64,000 bases of DNA from Vicugna vicugna (Eukaryota): positions 445,985 through 509,984 of the forward strand of contig MU057887.1 of the NCBI GenBank assembly GCA_013265495.1, written 5' to 3'. The number at the start of each line of letters is the position of its first letter. Positions within the stretch are counted from its first letter, which is position 1. This document shows, in pieces, positions 11,600 to 24,030 of this stretch. The translations under genes were made by a program, and so were the position numbers. The notes beneath the pieces were generated by a model, which saw nothing but the letters and a program-made list of their open reading frames with translations, made no database searches and was not told the origin of the DNA.

Positions 11600-14500
11600 G
11601 TAAGCGGGGGATGAGAGGAGGGGGCTATGCCCAGGGAGGGGCGTGTCCTGCATGCACCTTGATCCTCCGGAGGGGTCTCGATGGGAAGTGGCATTAGGTT
11701 CGGGAACTTGACTTACTCACTCCAGGAATAGACGTGAATGCCTGCTCTGTGCCAGGCCCTGTGAAGGCTCTGGGGGCCCAGATAGTAATAATAATAGCCA
11801 ACAGTGTTAGTAAGCTTCCTCTGATGCGGATTTAAGTGCTCTGTGTTGGCTGCTGTAAGACACAAACAGGAGGCTGTGGGAGAGCAGAGGGGGACTGGTC
11901 TAGACTCACAGTGATGCCTGGACTCGGGAGCTGGAGGGATATTTCAGGTGAAGGAGCAGCATGGGCGAGTTCAGGGAGGAGGGGGTGGCATGCTGTATCC
12001 TGGGAACATCCCATCTATTGTCCATCAGTGTGATTGGAGCACGAGGTCAGGAAGTTTGCAGAGAGCTGAGGCTGCAGACCCAACGAAAGAGGGTCCAGCA
12101 CTTTAGGGCCTCGCTGCTTCTCCAGAGAGGCTGGGCTGTGTTGGAGCAGGGTGCGGAGCCAGGAAGGGGCCCAGCAGGAGAGCGACACAGTCAGGTTTGC
12201 AGGTTGGAGAGCAGAGGACGGGGGAGGGCTCCTTACTAGGGTCCAGGTGAAAAGGGTGGACTCTAAGACTGGGCTGACGGGGGTGGAGAAATGCTTAGGA
12301 GGGGCAGTGGGGTTATTGGCGACAGCATGTCTGTTGCGGGGAGCAAGAGGGTAGCTGTTTAGCTGGATTGCCCAGTTTCTGGTCAGGATCGCTGGGTGGG
12401 GACAGGGGTGAAGCTTGTGTCTGAGACAAGTTCCTGAGATAGCCTGTGGGGAGAGTGAAATCCAGTGCCTGGCACACAGCAGGTGCTCAGTAACTGCAGA
12501 CGTGTGTGTGCAGGGGGTGCCCACTCATGTGGCCAGTTTTGCCAGGGGTCAGCCCCTATCCTCATTGCCTCCTCCAGGTGTGAACCTCCAGCCCCAACTG
12601 GCTAGTGTGACCTTTGCCACCAACAATCCCACGCTCACCACCGTGGCCTTGGAAAAGCCTCTCTGCATGTTTGACAGCTCCGTGCCCCTCCCTGGCACCT
12701 ACGAGGTCTACCTCTATGTACTGGTCGACTCAGGTAAAGGTCCTGCCTCCCTCGGGCTACTCAGAAAGGGTCTTTGACCTGTCTGCAGGGAAGCGGGAAG
12801 GAGGCAGGTAGAGGGGTGCTCCATCCCTGGAATTAACCTGACCCATGCACCTCACCAACACGCACCGGTGTCTGCTCTGTGCCAGCCCTGGGCTGGGTGC
12901 TGTGGTCACAGACGCGTCTCTGTCCTGGAGGGACATCCAGCCTAGCAGGGGAAATAATGCCACCACCAATCACTGAGTATGTCTATTGTGGCAGGTGCTT
13001 TGTACACCTTACAGCCAATAGTTACAAGCAGTCTGCCAGGTCACTGTAACGGTGCCCATCACAGGGGCAAAGAATCGGGGCTCACAATGGCAGAGTAATT
13101 CACTGGAGCTCCCAGAGCTGGAGAACAAATCAGATTCTCTGGTCCTCAAGTCCAAGTCCTTGCCAAGGTTTCTCCAGGTGGTTCAAAATCAGGGTGTGGG
13201 AGGGAAGCCATGCATTCGGACCTGCCATCTCTGGCCTCACCCACACCTGTTCACTGGCAGGATCCTGGGATCGGAGAGTAGGAACCCGATGACAGCCTCT
13301 TATGTTTCTAGCAGCCAGGCATTTACACCAGCGCATGTAAGAGCATCATTTTATTCTTTCAGCAGACATGTACTGACTGACTACCTGTGCCCAATCCCAG
13401 TCCCAGCCTGTGGGCACTGCAGAGTATTTTTCTCCCATTTCACGGAGAGTCAGAGAGGTAAAGTGAGTTGTCCAAGGTCACCCAGCAAGTAAGGAAGAAA
13501 TCCTAGGACCAGCACAGCGCTGGCACAGAGAGGATGCTTAGGGACATTGGATGAATGACTGAATGGGTGACCGATCTAAGGTGGCCAGGAACCTCACCCC
13601 CAGCCCCTGGCACTACCTCCACAGCCAGCTCCAGGAATGCCTCTGTACAGGACAGCACCATGACCCCATTCAGCTCAACATTCCAGCAGACGGAGGGAGG
13701 AAGGACAGGTCCCTATAAGGCCGCAGCCTTTGACCTGACCCCATGCAGTGACCTGCCCAGCTTGGATGCTGTCGGGGATGTGTCTCAGGCCTCGGAGATC
13801 CTGAACGCCTACCTGGTCAGGGTGGGCACCAACGCGACCTGCCTGTTCGACCCCAACTTCCAGGGCCTCTGCAACCCACCCCTGTCAGCAGCCACGGAAT
13901 ACAGGTGCGTGTAAGCGGCAGCGGGAAAGCGGCAGGTGGGCCCCAGCCCCTGCCTCGGGGCGCCCCTGAGGGGCTACAGTGTGAGAGCCCTTTCTCCAGA
14001 ACCTACCATGTGCCAGGGCTGTCTCAGGTACCATAAAGGCTTCCTGGCTTCCTGGGCTGGCGACGGTGCCCGGGGCCCTGCGCTCAGAAGGACCCCTCTT
14101 GGCTTAATACTCTGCCACTGCCACCTTGAAATTCTTAATTTTTAAACATGGGGGTTCATTTTCCTTTTGCACTGGGCCCCACAAATTATGTACCTGCTTC
14201 TGTCCTATCACCTGTGTGGCAGTTCGTTTGACAGGGAAGGAACTGTGGTCCAGAGAGGGAGGGGAGGTCACCTCAAGAAAAGCTGGGCTCAGCACGAAGG
14301 TCCTACCCGTATACCCTTCCGTGGTCCACCCCAGCACAGAGGGTCCCTGATTCATTTTCTGAGCATCTTCTCTGTGATGAGCTGGGGGCTCATCCCTGAT
14401 CCATGGCCGGGCGTCTTACCCAGCCTTGGGTTAGATGACACCCACTCCTGTTACCTTGGAGATGCCTCGGTTGGGGTCTCTGTATCCTCAAGGCCACATT

Positions 14501-17500
14501 TGGGGCCCAGGCCACCCCTCACCTGCCATCCTCTCGCAGGGCTCGCTCCTCCTCTGGCCTGGGCCGCCGAGCAGGACACGAGTCCCGGCTCGCCCCTTCC
14601 CCACCCTCAGTCCTTACTCTGACCTTGTTCTTTTTTTTTTTTTTAATTATTCTTACTTTTTATTGAAGTGTAGTCGATTTACAGTGTTAGTTTCAGGTGT
14701 ACAGCAAAGTGATTCAGTTATACATGTACATACATACATTTTTCAGAGTCTTTTCCATTATACCTCATTACAAGAAATTCAGTATGGTTCCCTGTGCTCT
14801 GACCTTGTTCTTAGTATGTGAAAGCCTCTCCCTCTTCCTTGACCTCGAAGCCCACCCTGCCTTGGGGACACCAGGCACAAATTCCAGCCTCCAGAGTTCC
14901 CACCTTCGAATCTTGAGAATCAGAGGATTAAGCAAAATGCTGCATGCTACAGAGATTTTAAGGGTCTTCATTTTTTTCTTAAGTGTCAAACTGGAGGCTG
15001 TTGATTTCTTTGTTCTCAGAACATCTGTCATTTTAAACTGAGGGTGAAGAAGATCTAAAGCTGGCTACTTTGTACGGAGTCCCCTGGTCTTCCTTTATGA
15101 TTTGTAACACCTGACTGGGATGTTCTGCATATAAAGTTAGCCCTTATCACAGGGTGGTGGGGTTGCAAGCAGATATTACTCCTTTTTAAGGAAAAGTCCC
15201 TGCGGTGAAACCTAAGACCAGGCTGGGAATAGAGGAAGGCAAAGATGCAAGGATGCTGCATAGGCCAATTGTCAGCAAATACGCTACGTGCTAATAAATA
15301 CAACAGGGAAACAGGTGCTCCCAGAAGGAAAGCCTAGACTCTGGCGGCTTCGTGGAGGATGTGCTGTCTGACCTGCAGAAAGGGCCCGGGGTGAAGGTGC
15401 TGCTGATGCAAAGGCTCCCACCTAGATTTCTATCTCCTGGAAGTCCCAGCTCTGCCCCGACCCCCCATCCTCTTCCCCCTCCTTCTGGCCGAGGCTCACA
15501 GGATGGATAGAAGTCATTCTCTCTCCACTTCCTTCCAGGTTCAAGTTCGTCCTCGTCAATATGTCCACGGGCTTGGTCCAGGACCAGACCCTGTGGTCAG
15601 ACCCCATCCGCACCCACCGGCGTAAGTGGTGGGGCAGGGCTGGGTGGCGGTCCTCAAGGGAACCTGGGAAACAGACTCATGCTGTCACTCGGAAGTCTCC
15701 CCAGACACAGGCAGGCCATTGGGTTATGAGGAAAATGCATCTTGAAAGAATTTAACCTGAGAAATCCTCCTCCCTCCCTCTCTTCCTCAAGAGCAGGAGA
15801 TGCCGTGACCAAGGAAGATGAAGGATTTGCGGGTGTCTGGGTGGGCTGCACGGGTGTAACTGAAGTCAGACTCAGCGGCATTGCCAGCCCTGATAGTGTA
15901 TTTGCCTCCAAGGGGCATGGAGTTTATCCTGCATTTAGACCCAGCCGGCCCCTTTGTTGAACCCTCAGGACAACATTTCCATGTAAGATGTTTCCAGAGG
16001 CATCTTAACCTCAGGGGCATGGAAACAGCTGGAGACCCAGATGTTTTCCTAAAGATGGGTAGGGGGAGTCTCACAGGCCCAGGACATCCTGCCCTGTCCC
16101 CGCGCAAGCCTGCCTCTGAGTCCTTAACACAGATCCAAGATTTATACACACGGAATCATGTCTGCTGAACTTTAGGGGCAATGGAAGAGATTTCCAAGGG
16201 AAATTTTGCCGGCCTGTGACCCTAACTTTAGAACTCGCCTGCACCACACCTCAGCCTCCATGAGGTGACTGCTTGGCACCCAAGATGGGCTCAGCCTGGA
16301 GCACAGCGCTTTTCCCCTGGAGCCTCCTGCCACCCACGGTGTATGTGGCTGGGCGGCTCCTTCCCACCCTCGGGGCGTGCCCGTGCCTCGTGGTCCCGCT
16401 GAAACAGCACTGCCCTAGGGGCGAGAGTCCCAGGTTCAAGCCCGGCCTCTGAGCATCACTGCTGTGTGAGCCCTTCGGAACCCCATTTTCCCATCAGAGA
16501 AGTGGGAAGGAGAAGCCTTGCTGTTTTCCCAGACAAAAGCACCAGGCCCAGCCCTCTAGGGGCACAGCCTGGAGGTCAGTCTGTGCAGAGAATGTGTCCT
16601 TTGGGACCAGACAGACCTACAGGCTTGAGGCTGGCTTCTAAGAGCCCTTGCACGTGAACTCAACCTCCCTAAGCTGCAGTGAGCGGTCTGCAGAACAGGG
16701 GTCTCGTGGGATCTCTGTGGGACACTGAATGCAAAGTGCTGGCTCACAGGAGGACCTATAGGTGGTTTGTCCATTTAGTTCCAAAAGGGGGACACCGGCC
16801 AGAGCAGAGGGAGACCACGGTCCCCCTGGCTCCGTTAGGCCAGGCACCTTTGCTCTGCCTTCATTTCAGTCGTTTGTAATCTGTGTCCCATCCGTCTCAC
16901 CAGAAGACTTGAGTCAGTTTACAATTTAAAATTATGCAAAAAGGCAGTTAACTGAGAGAGAGACCAGACACACACAAGAGCAAGTTGGGGAGTGGGATGT
17001 GGGGGCAAGTCAGATAATTGCACCTCAAACCCAGGGGAGGCAGTCCCTGAGCAGGGTCCTGGCTTCATCCCTGAGATTTTCGGCCACCAGGGCAGGGGCC
17101 ATGGGTACTCCCCTGGGAGAAGGCTGAGGGGTGCGGTGTCTGGGGAGTAACTGAGCCTGCATCCTGTAGTCATCCCGTACTCGTCGATCGACACGTGGCC
17201 CGGCCGGCGGAGCGGGGGCATGATCGTCATCACGTCCATCCTGGGCTCCCTGCCCTTCCTCCTGCTTGTGGGCTTTGCTGGCGCCATCGTCCTCAGCCTC
17301 GTGTGAGTACCGATCAGCTAGGGGCGGGACTCAGGGACACACTCCAACGGTGGGTGGATTGGGGGGTGTCTTCCTAGGCCGGGAGAGCCCAGGAGCAAGA
17401 GAGCTGCCTTCCACGCTGGTGGGGCAGGGTCTAGTGAGAGGGGAGCAGGGTCCTGGGGTGTCCCAAGGTCAAGTCTTCAGCAGGGTTGGCAGCGAGGCTT

Positions 17501-19102
17501 TGTGGGAGGAGCCCAGCTCTGACACAGCTGTGCACTTTGGGCAAGTATCTTATCCTTCTATGCCTCAGTTTCCTCCTCTGAAACTGGAGACTGTAATGAA
17601 TATTATCTGCCCCGTGGAGCTGTGAGGGTAAATGAAGTATTCCCTGTAGAGCCGCAGGGCAGTACTCCACCCGTTGAGCAGGTATTAGCTTGTGTTGTCA
17701 TTATAATTCACCCACTTGCGGTACAGATGGGGAAACTGAGGCCTGAGGGGGGGAAGGTGGCCCAAGGTTATGCAGCCAGTTAACCAGAGCTCCTGAGTCT
17801 TCTGACTCCATGAGCACCTCTGATGTATGTCAATTTGGATTAGGACTCAAGGTCTCCTGTAGGGTGTTTGGAGCAACTGGTGGGAAGACAGGCAGGCAGT
17901 CAATCCATTAATCTTGGGAGAATGGAGCAGGGAGTGACTCAAGGCACCTGCAGGTGTGGGAATCCAAAGGAATCCAGGAAGGGCAGATCCTGCCTGGAGC
18001 ATCAGGGTGGGCTTCCTGGCAGAAGGAACAGCAGGAACAAACTCTTACCAGGGCAGGGATGAATCAAAAATTCACATGCAGTGTAATTCTCAGGAAGAGA
18101 GGAAGGGAGACCCAGGGGGCTTTAAAGATAGAGGGTGCTTGTTCCAGTGAGGGTGGGGTGAGCTGATGGAAAAGGTTCTTTGAGTAGGTGGAATTAAGTG
18201 GAAACATAGAAATTAGCCAGGCAGGAAAGACTTGTAGGGTGGGTGAGGGATGGAGTAGGGAGGGGACAGTGAACTGGGAAATCAGATAACCCTCTGACAT
18301 TTAAGTTAACAAAAACACAAATAATAGATGAGATTAACCATCAAGAGACTGGTCTGTCTGGCCAGACCTGGGAGCAGTCAGGATGTGGTTATGTCCCTTC
18401 CTCCCTTTGGGTAGCACCCTAATCTGGCACCGAAGGTCCTGTTATCTGACTTTTTCTGAGAACATTTGTCCCCCTACCCTCCCCCTCCCAACTCCAGCTG
18501 CACCAATCTTCCCAGTGTTACCCCAGACATTCCCCAGTCCTTCCTATCAAATGCCTGGAATGCCTTTCTGTGCTCCCACTTTCCTTTTTGAGGGCGAGAT
18601 TAACTGCCTCCTCCTCCAGGAAGCCCTCTGGTGGCTTCCATCTAGACCTGCCCATTCTATCTAGTCACTGTCTGCTGTGGTCTGTTTCCATATACAGTCT
18701 TAGCTCTTTGGGGCCATCTGCCCAGCTCATGGTTAAGACCTGTAAATTGTTCCAAAAGAGTGACACCTTCTTTATCCCAGGGCCTGGCACCCAGTAAGTG
18801 CTCTGGAAAGACTGGTTAATTGAATGAAGGCCTAAGACGACATCTGTGAAAGCAGTGGCTAATGAGAAGGGTCCCTGGCCAGCTGAGGGGTGTGGGTCTG
18901 CTCTGCGCCCCCAGCCCTGACTCTCTTCGTGCCCTCCATCAGGGACACGGGCAGTGCTGAGGGAGAAAACACCCACGACTCCCAGATCACGCAGGAGGCT
19001 GTCCCCAAGTCCCTGGGCACCTCGGAGGCTTCGTACACGTCTGTGAACCGGGGGCCGCCCCTGGACAGGGCTGAGGTGTACACCAGCAAGCTCCAGGATT
19101 GA
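11548..19102 (+). CDS. UPK3A: Uroplakin-3a, complete spliced CDS join(11548-11599,12578-12733,13625-13904,15539-15621,17170-17302,18943-19102), 287 aa
   Basis: Translation MPPLWVLLALGCLRLGSSVNLQPQLASVTFATNNPTLTTVALEKPLCMF...WPGRRSGGMIVITSILGSLPFLLLVGFAGAIVLSLV...YTSKLQD matches UPK3A. Exons 52+156+280+83+133+160 = 864 nt; all introns GT-AG. Confidence 0.97.
12578..12733 (+). CDS. UPK3A: UPK3A exon 2
   Basis: Acceptor CCTCCAG; VNLQPQLASVTFATNNPT..YVLVDS; donor GTAAAG. Confidence 0.95.
13625..13904 (+). CDS. UPK3A: UPK3A exon 3
   Basis: Acceptor CTCCACAG; SSRNASVQDS..CNPPLSAATEY; donor GTGCGT. Confidence 0.95.
14035..14202 (+). mobile_element. MER91A-like hAT DNA transposon remnant
   Basis: GGGGCCCTGCGCTCAGAAGG..CTTGAAATTCTTAAT..TTTTGCACTGGGCCCCACAAATTATGTA matches the recalled MER91A consensus. 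Confidence 0.7.
14633..14796 (-). mobile_element. Very short L1 3'-end insertion with perfect 16-bp TSD
   Basis: TSD CTCTGACCTTGTTCTT at 14617-14632 and 14797-14812 flanks poly-T plus L1 3'UTR-type sequence. Confidence 0.85.
15539..15621 (+). CDS. UPK3A: UPK3A exon 4
   Basis: Acceptor CCTTCCAG; FKFVLVNMSTGLVQDQTLWSDPIRTHR; donor GTAAGT. Confidence 0.95.
17170..17302 (+). CDS. UPK3A: UPK3A exon 5 (transmembrane helix)
   Basis: Acceptor CCTGTAG; IPYSSIDTWPGRRSGGMIVITSILGSLPFLLLVGFAGAIVLSL; donor GTGAGT. Confidence 0.95.
18943..19102 (+). CDS. UPK3A: UPK3A exon 6 (cytoplasmic tail, stop)
   Basis: Acceptor CCATCAG; DTGSAEGENTHDSQITQEAVPK..YTSKLQD; TGA at 19100-19102. Confidence 0.95.
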
Positions 19103-19210
19103 GCCCGGGGGGCTGCAGTCTCCCCGAGGGCCTTGCAGGTAGCCACGTTCACATCTAGACCCTACCCAAGGTGGATCAGGCCATGTTGGTCCAACTGCAG
19201 GAAAGTGCTT

Positions 19211-19216
19211 AATAAA
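19211..19216 (+). terminator. UPK3A: UPK3A polyadenylation signal
   Basis: AATAAA about 110 nt after the stop codon. Confidence 0.75.
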
Positions 19217-21471
19217 ATCTTCCTAAGAATTTGAGTTCAGTAAAGACTTAAAGAATGAATGAGTGAGAAGCTGAATGAATGAATGAATGTGGCATTGTCA
19301 TTTGAGTAGTTGCATTGTTTCTCTGGAAGGTGGGGCACAGGGCTCATTTTCAGTCAAAGCGGAGGTGGAGAGGGTAAGGAGGTTAGGGCTGCCAGGACAC
19401 CTGGGTTGTCAGACCTCCCTGAGCCTTGGTCTCTTCCTCTGTAAGATGGGAGGTCAGCGCCTCCCCTGATGGCTTCATGTGAGCTTTAGGGGTGCTGTGA
19501 GACAGGGTGTACATGCAGTTATTAGATGCTGCTTGGGGTGTGCTGGCTGCGAGGTACTGGAAGCCAATCTGGGCCCTGGGTGTGGCTCTGCTGGCCCCCC
19601 AAGTCATCTCTTTCTCTCTAGGGCTCAGTTCCTCATCTGTAAAATGGGATGATGTAAATGGTTAACTTCAAGGCCATACATGCCTGGGTTCCTTCACAGC
19701 TTTCTCTGAGGATCCCACCAAGGGCGGGCAGAAGAGGCTGCAGGACAGCAGCCTTCTGCTGGGGCAGAAGGGGAGGGGAGGGGCACCAAGTCCCCTGGTC
19801 GGGGGCAGAGGGGCTCTTCCGGCCCTGGGTCTCCACCCAGATGACAGTTCTGTCTTCGGAGCCAGGTAGCAAGTCTGCTTCCCTTTTTGGGACGAGCGAA
19901 ACAGGTTCCACTTCCCGTCATGGAAAGAAGAGGTTGGTCAGCGCAGGGTCGTTAAAGCAGGAGTGCTGACTGACAGCTGCCAGGAAGAGCCCCAGCGGCT
20001 GGTGGGGCACTCTCAGGGCACCGGATCGTTCACCAGGGGCACAGATGCTGAGACGACATGGTCAGATGCACCAGAGGGGTCAATGGCTGACAAGGCAGGA
20101 GGCGTTTGGTCCCTGCGGAATGCGGCTCTCAGACCCCTCCCGTGCAGCAGAGGGCGTAGGACTGAACCGCCATCATTGGGGTGGGGGGCAGTTTGTATTT
20201 TGAGGCAAGGCTAAGCCTTTGCCTGCTTCCAGCCAGCCCCATGCAGTCTGAGCAGAACACCCCAGCTGGTGGGTTGGGGTGGGTGGAGGAGGTGGGGCTT
20301 GGCTCTTGGGTTCTGGGCTGGACTCAAGCTTCACAGAAACTTCTAATTATAAATACCCACGGAAGCAATTTTTCTAGCTCACTTCTCAGATTCTGAAGGC
20401 TCCCCTCCTCCCATGACTGGGAAGGCGAGGCCTTCAGAGCTGAGCTTCCCACCCATAGAGGCTGCCTCATCCTCCCTCCCATCTCAATCATGGTTCATCA
20501 ATTAGCTAATCACTGTGGACATGCTGTGTGACTCTGGGCAAGGAAGCACCCTCTCTGGGCTCCTCTGACCTCATCTGTACAAAGGGATTCAGAATGCTTG
20601 GGAAGTTTGCTCCAAAATAGGTGATTTTGTTCTGAGATCTAATCAGTCACAAAGGGATGGCATTCAATTAAATCCAACCAAACCCTGAAAACTTGGAGCC
20701 ACCTATCTGGTCAGAACAGAAATGCACAGAGGAGTTGTCAAAGCAGATCCTTGGACAGAGCATGGTCTGGCCTTCAACACACAGATCTGGCTAGAGGTGA
20801 TTTAGGAAACAGAGGAAGGATTTCCTCCTCACCCAGTCAGGGCTGGAATAGTCAGGAGGACTTCCTGGAGGAGGTAGTACTTTTTTCAGATCCCTGCCAT
20901 TTCTAACCCAGAGCTCCTGAGGCCAGAGGTCCTGGTCCATGCTCTATCACCAGCAGATAGATGCTCAATAAACAGTAACAAGTTCCTGGGATGCCATACA
21001 TCTTTCTTGTTCCTCCATTTTTAAATAAATGATTCTAAATTTCACAAGCAACGCAGCATACAGTCTGCTTGACAAAAGAGAAGAAGAGCCTGTGAAACCA
21101 CCACCACATTGAGACAATGGCCACTTCTATCTCCCTGGAAAGTTTTCCCCTGCTCCTTTGTAAGCTCCCTCTCCTGTCCCTCACTTTCCCCCACTGATTT
21201 GCTTTCTGACAGTACAGATTCGACGGCACTTTCTAGAATTTCATATAAATGGAACCACATAGTATGGTCTCTTCTTTGTCTGGCTTGTCTCTACTGAGCA
21301 TAATTTTTCTTTTTTTTAAACTGGAGTATAGTTGATTTACAACGTTGTGTTAGTTTTAGGTGTACAGTAAAGTGATTCAGATATATACATATATTCTTTT
21401 TATTTTTAATTTTTTTCTTTTTAATATATACTTATTTTTATTATATTTATCATTATTTTTAATTTTTCCCC

Positions 21472-21553
21472 TTAACAGAGGCACTAGGGATTGAACCCAG
21501 AACCTGTGCATGCCAAGCACACGCTGTACCATTGAGCTATACCTTCCACCCCC
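21472..21553 (-). mobile_element. tRNA-Ala-derived SINE (Vic-1-like)
   Basis: GAGGCACTAGGGATTGAACCCAGAACC..ACCATTGAGCTATACC. Confidence 0.7.
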
Positions 21554-22930
21554 TTTTTTAACTTTTTGTGAGTTTTTTCCATAACATTCTTGTTTTTTTT
21601 TAATTGAAGTATAGTCGGTTTATAATGTCCTAATTTCTGGTGTACAGCAGAGTGATTCAGTTATGCATATATATATTCCTTTTGGTAATCTTTTTCATTA
21701 TAGGCAATTGCAAGAAATTGAATCTAGTTCCTTGTGCTGCACAGTAGGACCTTGCTGTTCATCTATTTTATATGCAGTAGTTAGAATCTGCAAATCCTGA
21801 ACTCCCAGTTTATCCCTCCACCCCCCAATATGTTTATATTCTTTTTCAGATTCTTTTCCATTGTAGGTTATTACAAGATATTGAATATAGTTCCCTGTGC
21901 TATCAGTAAGTCTTTGTTCTTTATTTTGTATACAGTAGTATGTATCTGTTACTCCCAAACTCCTAATTTATCCCCCCTCCCCTCTTTCCCCTTGGAACCA
22001 TACATTTGTTTTCTATGTCTGAGACTCTATGTCTGATGTGTAAATTAGTTCATCTGTGTCATTTTTTAGATTCCACATATAAGTGATATCACATGATACT
22101 TGTCTTTGTCTGACTTACTTCACTTAGGATGATAATCTCCAGGTCCATCCATGTTGCTACAAATGGCATTAGGTCATTCTTTTTTTATAAAAGTCAGCAT
22201 AATTATTTTGAGATTCATCATGTTGCAGCACGTATTAATATTTTGTTCCTGTTTATTCCACTGTGTGACTGTTCTACAATTTGCTGATCTGTCATTCTCC
22301 TGTTCATGACCATTTGGGTTGTTTCCAGTTATGAGTTATTGCAAATGAAGTTATGAGCAGTCGTGGACCAGTCCCGGCAGGGACCCATGCTTTCACTTCT
22401 CCTGGGGAAACACCTAGGAGCAGAACCACGAAAAACACCTGCTTATTTTCAAATATTTGGATTCAGAGGAAATTGAAAAAAAAAAATACAGGGAGAACCC
22501 ATGTAGCTTTCACCCAGTTTTCCCCAATGGTAACATCTTATCTGACTGTAGCATAATTATAGCAGATCCAGGAAATTAATATTGGTAAAATCCACAGAGC
22601 TGATTCACGTTTGGCCAATTTTACCCTCTGTCTTTGTGTGTATGTCTGTGCAGTTCCATACAATTTTATCACATGTGTAAGATTTGTGTCACCACCACCA
22701 CCAGCAAGGTATAGAACTGCTAATACTGTAAATCAACCATACCTCAATGAAAGATGCAGAGCAGTCCCATCACCACCAGACTCCCTCCCGCTACCCTTCA
22801 TAGCCCTCCCACCCCAGCCGCAAACCCTGGATCACTAATCTACTCTCTCCACCGATACAATTTGGTCATTTTTAAAACGTTGTATAAGTGGAATCATAGC
22901 GCATATAAAATTTTTTCCCTGTTTCTTATT

Positions 22931-23040
22931 TTGGGGGAGATAATTCAGTTTTTATTTATTTATTTATTTCAGTGGAGGTTCTGGGGATTGAATCCAGGAC
23001 CTCATGCAGACCAGGAACATGCTCTACCACTGAGCTATCT
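22931..23040 (-). mobile_element. tRNA-Ala-derived SINE (Vic-1-like)
   Basis: (TTTA)n tail then GGAGGTTCTGGGGATTGAATCCAGGACC..CTCTACCACTGAGCTAT. Confidence 0.75.
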
Positions 23041-23330
23041 GCATATAACTTTTTGAGATTTTTTTTTCCCAGCAGCATAATTCCACTGAGGTCTATCCAA
23101 GTCGTTGCACCAACAGCGCTTTCTTTTTCATCGCTGAGGGGTGTTTCGTGATGTAATGGACCGCAGTTTGTATACCTGCTGTCTCACTGAAGGGCATTCT
23201 GGTTGTTTCCAGTTCTTAGCTGTTATGAATACAATGGCTACAAACAATTACGTAAGGTTTTTTACTGAACACGATTTTTGTTTTTCTGGTATGAATACCC
23301 GAGTGCTATTTCTGGGTTGCATAAGGCATT

Positions 23331-23478
23331 TTTTTTGGGGGGGGGTAGATAATTAGGTTTATTTATGTGTTTTTTAATTCTTTTTTTTTTTTAATTTTTT
23401 TACTGGAGGTACTGGGAATTGAACCCAGGACCCTGTACATGCTAGGCATGGGCCCTACCACTGAGCTATATCCTCCCC
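23331..23478 (-). mobile_element. tRNA-Ala-derived SINE (Vic-1-like)
   Basis: TAATTAGGTTTATTTA..GGAGGTACTGGGAATTGAACCCAGGACC..CTACCACTGAGCTATATCCTCCCC. Confidence 0.8.
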
Positions 23479-23908
23479 ACAAGTGCATGTTTACTTTGAA
23501 AAAATTGCCAAACTATTTTCCAGAGTAGCTGGAAACCATTCTCCAGTCCCACCAACTGTGTGTAGGTGACTGTTTCTCTACATCCTCACCAGCACTTGGT
23601 GTTAATGCTATTTTTTATTTTACTTTTATTCTGATAGGTGTGCAGAATCCCTTCCCGTCTGTGCACCCCCCACCCCGTGTGAGAGTGCCTGTTCCTCCAC
23701 ACCCTTGGCTACACTCGCTGTGCTCAGGCTTTTACGCTGCGGCCATTCTAGTGGTGTGTAGTGGTGTTCCACCGTGGTTTTGATTTGCCTTTTCCCAAGG
23801 AATAATAATGTTGAGCATCTTTTCAGGTCCTTGTGGGCCATTCACATATTTTCTCTGATGAAGCATGTGTTCCAATCTTTTGCTCAGTTTTTAAAACCTG
23901 AATTGTCA

Positions 23909-24030
23909 GGGGAGGGTATAGCTCAGTGGGAGCGTGTTCTTAGCACACATGAGGTCCTAAGTTCAATCCCCAGTACCTCCATTAAAAATTAAAAAATAAA
24001 TAAACCTAACTACTCCTCCCCCCTCCAAAA
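23909..24030 (+). mobile_element. tRNA-Ala-derived SINE (Vic-1-like)
   Basis: GGGGAGGGTATAGCTCAGTGG..TTAGCA..GAGGTCCTAAGTTCAATCCCCAGTACCTCCATTAAAAA..TAAACCTAA. Confidence 0.82.
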
